From: Tetramitus jugosus
Taxonomy: Eukaryota > Protista > Heterolobosea
Direction: 5' to 3'
Assembly (NCBI GenBank): GCA_937625935.1
Contig: OW569379.1
Coordinates: forward strand, 310,001 to 374,000
Length of the DNA: 64,000 nt
Shown: positions 55,530 through 64,000 of the stretch, in pieces
Numbering within the stretch: the first letter of the stretch is position 1
Layout: each line of letters starts with the position of its first letter
Translations under genes and position numbers: made by a program
Notes under the pieces: model-generated
Told to the model about the DNA's origin: nothing
Database searches by the model: none
Seen by the model: the letters and a program-made list of their open reading frames with translations, nothing else

Positions 55530-57134
55530 ATGAGACAGTATCCATTAAGTTGTGGTAACGTAAAATGTATGACCACTCAAACACCACTCTGGCGAAAAGG
55601 CTGGGTCACCCCTGAAGGCAAAACCATTATGCTTTGCAATGCATGTGGCCTTCACTTTAAAAAAGGACACAGTTGTTGCTACTGTAATCAAATCTATAGA
55701 GAATCAGATGCGGATGACAGCAGTAATCCATGGATTGGTTGTGATCGATGCTCTCGCTGGATTCATCAAAAGTGTGAAGAGAAGGCTGGTTTCACTGTAA
55801 AGTCCTCTGGTGGTACGACCACTTCGTACATGTGTCCCGATTGTCGATCACTTTCACACAAGGAATCATCATCATCACCCAATTCTCAATCATCCTCCTC
55901 TTCCTCTGCTGCTAACACTACCATGAATGCATCGAATCGTGGTGCATCCGATGTTTCCTCTCCAGAGAATGCCACCAGTCATAATCATCATGCAAATGAC
56001 CCAATGAAGCAGTTGAAGAAGCGAAGAAAGAAGCCTACACTGATTGTCTCTCACGCAAATGCATCCTCCAACAATGGCAGCAGCACTTCCCCATTGCCCA
56101 AAATCCGTTCCCAAGCCAACAACAACAACAACAATAGAAGATCCAATTCTTCTGCTTCCTCTCCCTCTCGTCCACCACGTCAAAGCAATGCACAACCATC
56201 CACTCCCATTTCGCCCAATCCTGCCATGCTCAATCCATCGTTTATGATGCTCTCGGGATTAATGCCCTCGGGTCACGCATCACCCAGTACTCCACTCAAT
56301 GATCACCACCATGGACACAACTGGAGCAATGTGATGGCTTTTGGTGAGCAAGATGCGTTGGCCAATGGTTCCGATACATTGAATGCGTTGATTGGTGCGA
56401 ATGCATGTGGAGGAAGTTTCTTTGGAATACCAGGTTCCTCCCAACATGTCGCTTCTCATGCATTCATGACTTTGAACAAGATGAATCATGGCTCATCTCT
56501 GGAAGTGAAGCCAAGCAATAGAAGAAGTGCTGCTACTAAGAACATTCGATCTTCTTCCACTGCTACCGGCAAGAGAAGAAAGAATGAGAACAATGGTGAT
56601 GACCGGCCAAAGAAAAAGCGAGTTACTTCCACTTCTAGTGCACCACAACGTGCAGTCATTTCAAAGACTGCTGAGCAACAGAATCGAAGAGGAAAACAGG
56701 CAATAACAGTCAAGAATCAATTCAAAGTGACATCTAGGGCCTCCTCGTACAACATATCATCTCTATTGAGCAATCACAGTGAATATTTGGACAATGATCA
56801 TTTCATGCTGTCTCTTGTTGAACATGGTTTGAGACTCACTGATGATGCAGAGACATCAACTGATGAGTGCTCTGATACTGAGGATGAATACATGTCGGAT
56901 GAAGATGAAGACATGATGCAGGCTTCCGATGAAGAAGAGATTATTATCCTCGAAGGAAAGTACTTTACTTATCCTCGGGTGCATGTATCTAAGAACGAAG
57001 CATCGAACATTATCGAAAAGAAGTGTTTTGGCTTGTCCCAGGTCAAGTGTCTCAATCCCCTAGCGAATTTGTGGGCTGTCTGCGCTTTAGAACGCAAATC
57101 GCTCAAGACGAGCGGCAATGACAGAGTTTCGTAG
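55530..57134 (+). CDS. GATA-like zinc finger + PHD finger nuclear protein
   Basis: CGNVKC..TPLWRKG..LCNACGL, then CCYC...WIGCDRCSRWIHQKC...YMCPDC; basic NLS-like patches. Confidence 0.85.
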   Translation: MRQYPLSCGNVKCMTTQTPLWRKGWVTPEGKTIMLCNACGLHFKKGHSCCYCNQIYRESDADDSSNPWIGCDRCSRWIHQKCEEKAGFTVKSSGGTTTSYMCPDCRSLSHKESSSSPNSQSSSSSSAANTTMNASNRGASDVSSPENATSHNHHANDPMKQLKKRRKKPTLIVSHANASSNNGSSTSPLPKIRSQANNNNNNRRSNSSASSPSRPPRQSNAQPSTPISPNPAMLNPSFMMLSGLMPSGHASPSTPLNDHHHGHNWSNVMAFGEQDALANGSDTLNALIGANACGGSFFGIPGSSQHVASHAFMTLNKMNHGSSLEVKPSNRRSAATKNIRSSSTATGKRRKNENNGDDRPKKKRVTSTSSAPQRAVISKTAEQQNRRGKQAITVKNQFKVTSRASSYNISSLLSNHSEYLDNDHFMLSLVEHGLRLTDDAETSTDECSDTEDEYMSDEDEDMMQASDEEEIIILEGKYFTYPRVHVSKNEASNIIEKKCFGLSQVKCLNPLANLWAVCALERKSLKTSGNDRVS

Positions 57135-57185
57135 TATTGCTTTTACTCAATAAATATGTCGTTGTTTATGTATTCAAGTTTTGAC

Positions 57186-58595
57186 TTACAAGATAGCAGC
57201 GGTACCCGACACATCTACAGCTTCCAGGCACGTGTAATATTTGTCATCTTCTGGCTGGGTTTGATACTTGCCTTGGAGATTCAACCTCAAGAACACGTCT
57301 CCAGCTTCCGTCACAGATCCCAGCATCTGGGTGGCTAGTTCAACTTTCTTTCTTCTCTCGTCCATATGTTTTTGTGTCTCTTCTCGACGCAGGATTGCAC
57401 GCCTCAAGTGCTCAAAGAATGCAAGATTGATGACATGATTCGTAAGATAGAGAGCTTCTAGTGCCTCTTCATGAGTGCAACGTTGCAGTAGTTGCTCATA
57501 TTCGTTGGTTTGCCCTTCTTGTTCAGTTTGATCCATCTCTTCATCTACAGCGATATCATCTTGATCCTCTAGCGCTACTCCTTCTGCCTCTTCTTCGTCA
57601 TCCATGTTATGATTTGTGTCATCACTTGTGTCATCGTTCGTCAGTGTTGATACTTCGTTCATTTGATCTTTAAACAGTCCCTCGTGCTTACTAATCACTA
57701 GTATTGGACCAATGTTAAAGTGTTGAAACGCCGGATTATTCTTGACATTAAACTCTTTTGTGACAAACAATTGGCAATCATCCTTGGATCGTCCAATCGA
57801 TACAGACACCTTCTTAGGAGCATACACATTTCGTTGTTGCCAAACAGCCATAAAGGGCTTCACTTTCATGCTCTCAATCAACATTACGTCCAATTCGTCA
57901 CCAGTGTTGCTCCTCTCTGGTTTCTTTTGATTCTGCTTCTCTGCTAGCTCCAAGCACTGAACAAACGAAGCAGACTTCAACTGATACACAATCCATTCAT
58001 CAGCATCCTCGGTATCACTTCCAGTGCTACTCCAAAACGTTCTGTGAAGTCGATAGTTGGCAGGGAGCGTCTCCTTAATGCTTTGTGATTCCTGATCAAC
58101 GGAAGAGCCCTCAATCGCACTAAACAACAAGGACCGATCAAAATTGGGAGAAGATTCATCAATGCTGCTCTCCTCACTCTCTTGTTTTTCATCCATGGAT
58201 AAGTTGGCGTATATTTGTCCGACACGATCTAGTAAAGCATTAGAAAAAAGTCAATATGTATTTCTTCAACCAACTTAGACAATACGAAGTGTAATCCTTG
58301 GTTGACGGTCACTATGGTTCGCATCACCATTCTCACCACTAAACTTACCATGCAAAAATTTACAAATTTTCTTCCATTGATGGACGTTCACATCCAATTG
58401 AGGAGTAGTGATCACAATGGCTTGATTTGTGATTGCTGTGGCATTCATTTTCCAGCATGACTCAATCGAAATGTTCGAATTGAGAATATCATGCCACAGT
58501 GAGCAAACTCTCTGACTTTGGAAGAGGTTGGTTACAGGCAGAAAGCTCAGAATGGTGAGAAGAATCTCATGTGGCATATCAGTAAACGTCAGCAT
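57186..58595 (-). CDS. F-box protein with plant At4g00755-like C-terminal beta-sandwich; intron 58348-58229
   Basis: F-box MPHEILLTILSFLP..RVCSLW. A GTAAGT...CTAG intron joins it in frame to the 57186..58196 ORF (SSVDQ, FWSSTG, KPF, GKYQTQPEDDKYYTC). Family call is from memory. Confidence 0.75.
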
Positions 58596-58807
58596 TTTTG
58601 TTCTTCTGTCAATCGTTTTGCTTTTCTGCTCGTAGTTGGTTCTTGATGCAATTTTGTGAAGATCTCTGCTCGGAAATATTGCACTTTTCCGTCGTAAATT
58701 CCGAAAAAAGCTTTCCTGAAAACCACGTCAACGGAGTTTTTGTCAACGGAGAAACATTTTGATCAGCCATAAAGCCAAAACAACAACGAGCGCAAGATCG
58801 GATCATC

Positions 58808-60598
58808 ATGAGAGTCAGTCACTTGCTATCAAACACTCGATCGAGCAAGCATTTTACTGCTCGCACAGCATTCAACAACCTCTCCCATCACCACCAACAA
58901 AAGAATAACTTTTACACTGCTCCAACCTGTTTCTCATCACATCATGATAGCAGCAGTAGTAACATTACTGATCATCCGTTGTCTGACGTGATTATTGGTG
59001 TATACAGCAACGGAGAGTTAACTCCCACAGGTAAACTCTTCCTGTCCAATGACTTCCAAAAGTCCGCTATCCTCAAAAAGAGCAAATGGGAAGCAGGAAA
59101 AGTCCGACTCATTTACAATGATCCAAATAGTAGTCATTTGAGTCGAGATCACGAGAAGAATGTGCCATCGATTCGTCGAATTGCACTCGTGTGCGTTGGT
59201 GAAAATGACAAGGCAACAACAACAACAACAACAAGTGCTCCTTCAAAACATGCCAACTCCATTTTTGTTCAACAATTCTCACCTAGTGAAGAAACGACAA
59301 GTGTCAATGCACTAAAGACTGCAAGTGTGAGATCGAGTGTGTCCGCTGCCATGAGTGCACTGATCAAGGATGATGAAGATGCGACATCAAGAGTGTTTGT
59401 CGATGATTTTGACTCGAATCGATCACAAGTGGCTCAAGCACTTCAACATTCGATTTTCAAGTTTGATGTTTTGAAGAATATAAAGGAACGAGAACAAAAG
59501 AGCAAAAAGGACAAGGATTATCACTTTGAGTTGTTGTCCAAAAAGTCTGATTGTCATTCACAACAACAACAAGAGACAAAAGAAGAAGGATTCAGTGCAT
59601 TTGTTCGAGGTACAGTGTACGGAGAGAGTCAAAATATGGCACGTTTCCTGGGTGAGATGCCAGCCAATTTCATGACACCTACCATCTTTTGCAACACTGT
59701 GAGTGAACGTGTCAAATCACTGGATCACCAAAATTCCATATCCATTGAGATTCATGATCGATCTTGGGCACAAAACAAGCAAATGGGATCGTTTTTGTCT
59801 GTGGCAAAAGGTTCTGCACAGGAGCCAAAGGTGCTAGAGATGACATATATCGGTAATCCATCCAACAGCGATCAAATTGATCTGTGTTTAGTTGGAAAGG
59901 GTATTACGTTCGACAGTGGTGGCATTTCGTTGAAGCCAGGAGCTGGAATGAAGGATATGAGAGGTGATATGGGCGGTGCAGCCACTACTTGCTCTGCATT
60001 TTATGGCATTGCAAAGCTCAAATTGCCATTGAACGTGAAGGTCATTTGTATGATGTGTGAGAACATGCCAGGACCAGATGCTGTAAAGCCTGGAGATGTC
60101 ATTCAGGCAATGAACAAGGTCACAATCGAAGTAGACAACACAGATGCCGAAGGTCGATTGATTTTGGCAGATGGATTGTGTTATGCATCGGAAATTAAAC
60201 CAAAGATGATTGTAGATGTGGCTACTCTGACAGGAGCGATCGTCGTTGCATTGGGAAATGCATGTACCGGAGCGTACACGACATCAAATGAATCATGGAA
60301 GCAGATCGAGAAGGCAGGTTTGGTCACGAATGACTACATGTGGCGAATGCCCCTGTTTATTGACACATTTAAGAAGCAGCTCAAGTCATCAACAGCTGAT
60401 TTGAATAATATTGGAGGAAAGGAAGCTGGAAGCTGTACTGCTGCAACTTTCTTGTCTTCGTTTGTTGATTTTGACAAGGTCAAGCACTGGGCTCACTTGG
60501 ATATCGCTGGTTCATTTATGGAGAAGGATGGAATGACTGGAAGACCGACTAGAGCACTAATTCAATTGGCTAGTCAACTTGCTTCTCAACAAGTTTAA
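58808..60598 (+). CDS. M17 leucyl aminopeptidase, probably mitochondrion-targeted
   Basis: VGKGITFDSGGISLK, MRGDMGGA, NTDAEGRL, DVATLTGA, WAHLDIAG; basic N-terminal presequence. Confidence 0.95.
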   Translation: MRVSHLLSNTRSSKHFTARTAFNNLSHHHQQKNNFYTAPTCFSSHHDSSSSNITDHPLSDVIIGVYSNGELTPTGKLFLSNDFQKSAILKKSKWEAGKVRLIYNDPNSSHLSRDHEKNVPSIRRIALVCVGENDKATTTTTTSAPSKHANSIFVQQFSPSEETTSVNALKTASVRSSVSAAMSALIKDDEDATSRVFVDDFDSNRSQVAQALQHSIFKFDVLKNIKEREQKSKKDKDYHFELLSKKSDCHSQQQQETKEEGFSAFVRGTVYGESQNMARFLGEMPANFMTPTIFCNTVSERVKSLDHQNSISIEIHDRSWAQNKQMGSFLSVAKGSAQEPKVLEMTYIGNPSNSDQIDLCLVGKGITFDSGGISLKPGAGMKDMRGDMGGAATTCSAFYGIAKLKLPLNVKVICMMCENMPGPDAVKPGDVIQAMNKVTIEVDNTDAEGRLILADGLCYASEIKPKMIVDVATLTGAIVVALGNACTGAYTTSNESWKQIEKAGLVTNDYMWRMPLFIDTFKKQLKSSTADLNNIGGKEAGSCTAATFLSSFVDFDKVKHWAHLDIAGSFMEKDGMTGRPTRALIQLASQLASQQV

Positions 60599-60604
60599 TA
60601 AATG

Positions 60605-60781
60605 AGGGCTGTCGATCATTTTGCGCTGGTGAGCGAAATTGTGGGGTGTTGACACACTTGCATTTCACCCAGTTAACGAACGTGCGAGCCTTTCGGTACG
60701 CCCGTTCTTGTTTCTGTCCATTCTTACTATGAGCGTCTGCAAGCACTAATCGCTTCACCTGCACTTATTTTCCTTCCCTGC
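60605..60781 (-). mobile_element. Decayed fragment (copy C) of putative tRNA-targeting retroelement
   Basis: GQKQERAYRKARTFVNWVK is 10/19 identical, ungapped, to copy D. Starts with GGGAAGGAA, shared with copy E. Boundaries are approximate. Confidence 0.6.
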
Positions 60782-60860
60782 TTTTTTTTATACAACCAGT
60801 GGTTGCACTGTTTTTTCTTTGTCTCTTCTCTTTTCACAGCATTCCAAGTTTGATTTCATT
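60782..60860 (-). mobile_element. Short 3'-end fragment (copy B) with terminal hairpin and A8 tail
   Basis: Minus strand ends GTGCAACCACTGGTTGTAT-AAAAAAAA, the same terminal motif as copy A. No clear TSD. Confidence 0.5.
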
Positions 60861-60998
60861 CCGCCTAGCGGCTAGTTTTTTTTTTTTTTTTTCCATACAA
60901 CATTTGTTGCCACTTTATTCTATGCACTACAGTGAGACGTGTTGTCGCTCAGAACCGCAGGTTCTGAGCTATTGTTCACCTCACCGCCTAGCGGCTAG
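60861..60998 (-). mobile_element. 5'-truncated retroposed insertion (copy A, 108 nt) with 15-bp target-site duplication
   Basis: CCGCCTAGCGGCTAG at 60861-60875 and 60984-60998. T17 at 60876-60892 abuts the left repeat; TTTATT (AATAAA on minus) at 60914-60919. Confidence 0.85.
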
Positions 60999-61027
60999 AC
61001 CCGTGTGGAAAAACAAATCAATAACTA

Positions 61028-61098
61028 GCATCTGTAGTGTAGGGGTATCATGCAGCGTTGCCATCGCTGCGACCCGGGTTCGAATCCCGGCAGATGCA
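61028..61098 (+). tRNA. tRNA-Gly (anticodon GCC)
   Basis: GCATCTG/CAGATGC acceptor stem, GCAGCG-TTGCCAT-CGCTGC anticodon arm, GGTTCGAATCC T-arm, TTTT terminator. Confidence 0.95.
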
Positions 61099-61183
61099 TT
61101 TTACCTTCGGACGCTCTTTTAAGGTTGCGTGACATGTTGTCTATTGGGGCAGCAAAAAAGATCTCACACAATTTATCACCATT

Positions 61184-62816
61184 ATGCGTACGACAAGATG
61201 TCTATTGGCAGTTGCAACTGCAATCCTTTTGATTGGCTGTTTTAGTTCACTGTGTCAAGCTGTTCAACTTGCTTCAAAGCTCCAAGTCAAGAATCCACTC
61301 AAAGGCTTCATGAACTATCGACTCGATGATGGATCGAGCAACTTGTTTCCCACCACCATGGAATACTCTTATTTTTCAATGAAGGAATTAACTCCGTCCT
61401 CTGGTGTCTACAACTTTACCAACATTCAAAAGTTTAAGCAAGAGGCTAATGCAAGAGGCAATCACATTGTGTTTCGAGTGTACTTGGACTATCCAGATTG
61501 TTGCCCAGATGGTGTTTATAGCACAGGTGTTCCTAGCTATTTGACCACTGGAACCAGTCCAGTGACTTTTACGAGTTACACGGATTATGGGGGTGGTCAG
61601 TGTCCAGACTATACCAATGTAAGACTGTTGAATGAAGTGAAGGGAATGATCAAGGAGCTGGGAAAGGAGTTTGATGGAGATAGTGGTGTAGCTGCAATTA
61701 TGGCCGGTTTTCTTGGATTCTGGGGAGAGTGGCACACGTATCGTATGTGATTGATTCTATCTGTCTGATTCTTCATTTTTGTGCATTTGTGCTTGTGGAG
61801 ATCTGATCTCTCTCTAACAATGTGATTTTGAACTTGTTGTTTGTTATTGGTGGTGTTTTGTAGCTCATGATGAGCTTTTCCCTAGTCTTATAATTCAAAA
61901 TGACATCTTCAAGTCATTTTCCAATGCATTCAACACCACACCAGTGGTTGTGAGTGCTGATTCACTGCAATATTTTTCAACTGCATCAGAGAGTTACCTG
62001 CAAAATAATGATATTGGATGGCATGATGATAATTTCTGTTCAGCAACATACAAGGAGAATTCAAATGTGGATTGGTACTTTTACAATCGATTGGTTGACC
62101 GTAGCTTGAACAACAATTGGAAGAAAGTTGTTATCGGAGGAGAGGTTCAACCGGACATTCAAAACCAATTGTTTGACTCCTCAAAAACGTGCGCTGATTG
62201 TCAACCTTTTATTCCTGCAGTTCAAGCCACTCATGCCTCCTGGTTGCTCTTCTATAATATTTTCCAATCAGGATTAGCCTCTAAACCAAGCGTAGTAGCC
62301 GCTGCCAAAGGAGGAGCGGCAGTCATGGGATATGGCATCCACGTTCCTGAGGTACAGTTGGGCAATTGCACCACTGGAGGTAATTGTACAGCCGTTTCAG
62401 TATCAGTTAGAAATATTGGTGTTGCTCCATTCTATTATCCTCTACAACTGAAAGCAAAGATTAACTCTGGTTCTTGGGTCACACTCACATCAAGTCTCGG
62501 TTCTCTCCTCCCATCAACAACCAACACTGTCTTCCAAAGTGAGATTCAATTCACTCCACTCGTGAGCTCAAACAACACTTTAACCTTGTCTCTGAATAGT
62601 CCACATGTCCTTTCCAACCAACAACTTCTGTTCTCCAATGAACAATTGAATAGCGAAGGACATATCGAACTCTCCTTTGCAATGGATAGCGAAGGACCCC
62701 ACACACCACAAACCTCCCAAAGCAATCCATCAAGTGAGCCATCAGCTGCCACTTCCTTTGGGTCAAAGTCGTTGCTATTGGGTCTCTTAGTCTTCGTCGC
62801 GGTGCTCCTGGTATAA
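61184..62816 (+). CDS. Secreted, probably GPI-anchored DUF4832-type glycoside-hydrolase-like protein; intron 61743-61863
   Basis: Signal peptide; NPLKGF, RVYLDYP, GFLGFWGEWHTY|PHDE, GWHDD, IGGEVQP, MGY, NIGVAPFYY; hydrophobic C-terminus after a Ser/Pro linker. Confidence 0.75.
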
Positions 62817-63148
62817 ACATCAAATTCCAACATCTTATTCGAAGGGAGTAACTACGCTGGCTGCTCTTGGATGGTGAAATTGGTCTCGAAAAGGTAGGCG
62901 TCACGAAGTCAACCGAAGTCGACAGCAAAAAAATTCTGCGCAAACAGCCTTGTTCGGTTTCATCGTGTCACATTCCTCTTTGACCCTTCAAATGTCAGAA
63001 CATAGCAACGGGTTTTTTTGCTATTTTCCATAGTTTTCCCAACGAAGCCCCTGCATGCTTTTCAGATCCAGCCAACATCGCCCAAGATTCCTAAACAAAG
63101 AACTAACAACAAACAACAACAACACCAACCTACTACCATCAATCCACC

Positions 63149-64000
63149 ATGGATAATCGTCGCTTTGAAGACATTGAAATGCAAATGGTGAATCCACCAG
63201 ATTGTGACACAAGTGTCACAACCACGACCACTACTAATCCTCAACAACAAATGATGGACGGTGCATCTTCGACTCACACTCATCCAGATGCGGGAACTAC
63301 GGTCACAGACACTGAATTTCATCACGACTCCACTGAACACACCTTTTCCGATGACAATCTACTCATGTTGCATCGAAAGGGCATTGTTGGTCTCATGGAA
63401 CGCACACCACTGCCAATCAAGCTCATTGTCATGTGTTTGGTGAGTATTGTAGGCATGACGCTGTTTGTGATTCTGACATTGACCTACACGGGAGCATCGA
63501 CATATCGTGCGATTGTTCACAGAGAAACCATTCGGTTCATGAACCAGATGGACAGGTATATTATTGCCATGCAGGATGAGAGACTGTTTTCGACAGTTTA
63601 CTTGTCTACCAATGCATCAGACTTGTATTTTGTGAATGCAACAAGAGAGTTGAATGAGGCAATGGCTTATACGAGAAGGGCCAAGGACAATGTCTATAGA
63701 GAACAGTCTAATCTGTACAAGTACCTCGGCAATTCAAAGACTCTTTCTCCCTTCTTTAACGAGTTGGGACGACAGGAAGGTCTCACTGATCATCATCGAA
63801 AAGATGTCGAGTCTAAACAAACGACAACAGGTGACAACTTTAGTTTTTATCAAATGACTATCAATTATGCTCTGTTGTTGCAGACAAAGGTGATGGATGT
63901 GGCTGATTTGGGATATCAGGGAACAAGTTATCTCTTTGTGGCTCGTCTCATTGAAGCAATAGAGAAGATGAACACGGGAACCATTGATTTATTGTTGGGT
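63149..64000 (+). CDS. Membrane sensor protein with NIT-like extracellular domain (partial, runs off the window; missed by the ORF track)
   Basis: Open frame from ATG 63149 to the window end; TM KLIVMCLVSIVGMTLFVILTL followed by YIIAMQDERLFSTVYL (LQxERxxSxxYL NIT signature). Confidence 0.7.
   Translation, partial: MDNRRFEDIEMQMVNPPDCDTSVTTTTTTNPQQQMMDGASSTHTHPDAGTTVTDTEFHHDSTEHTFSDDNLLMLHRKGIVGLMERTPLPIKLIVMCLVSIVGMTLFVILTLTYTGASTYRAIVHRETIRFMNQMDRYIIAMQDERLFSTVYLSTNASDLYFVNATRELNEAMAYTRRAKDNVYREQSNLYKYLGNSKTLSPFFNELGRQEGLTDHHRKDVESKQTTTGDNFSFYQMTINYALLLQTKVMDVADLGYQGTSYLFVARLIEAIEKMNTGTIDLLLG

Noticed and set aside
60610-60790. Possible U3/U4 snRNA or other Pol III RNA (GATCATTTTGCGC, hairpins, T8 run)
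   Set aside because: No C/D boxes, k-turn or Sm site in the right order. Better explained as minus-strand retroelement fragments, with T8 being a poly(A) tail.
1-64000. CRISPR arrays, rRNA, prokaryotic operons or an alternative genetic code
   Set aside because: No spaced repeat arrays or rRNA motifs were seen. Conserved genes translate cleanly with the standard code and use all three stop codons.

Overview
Gene-dense eukaryotic nuclear DNA using the standard genetic code, with short GT(A/T)-AG spliceosomal introns (donors mostly GTATGT/GTAAGT) and many Asn/Gln/His/Ser-rich low-complexity tails. Gene content (PPi-dependent PFK, RCC1-EGF-TM-TKL receptor kinase, NIT-domain membrane sensor) suggests a heterolobosean (Naegleria/Acrasis-like) protist; this is inference. 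The window holds about 27 protein genes: LSm1, an ion/pH cluster (Trk, beta-carbonic anhydrase, SLC26, CLC), H2A.X, RalGAP-alpha-like, PPi-PFK, DNA ligase IV, WDR24, eIF4AIII, SPOUT1, CDC20, a second SLC26, M17 aminopeptidase, three F-box genes and others. It also has two tRNAs, Arg-UCG and Gly-GCC. Top finding: both tRNA genes carry stacks of mutually homologous, 5'-truncated fragments just upstream, all with their 5' ends facing the tRNA. One fragment has a perfect 15-bp target-site duplication, AATAAA and an A17 tail, and begins 44 nt upstream of the tRNA. This is the signature of a tRNA-targeting non-LTR retroelement family that parallels Dictyostelium TRE5. Other highlights are a TKL kinase fused to a catalytically dead Slingshot-type phosphatase, a CLC channel with Leu in place of the gating glutamate, an unnamed N-terminal domain shared by both SLC26 paralogues, and a receptor kinase gene broken by three 1-nt frameshifts.
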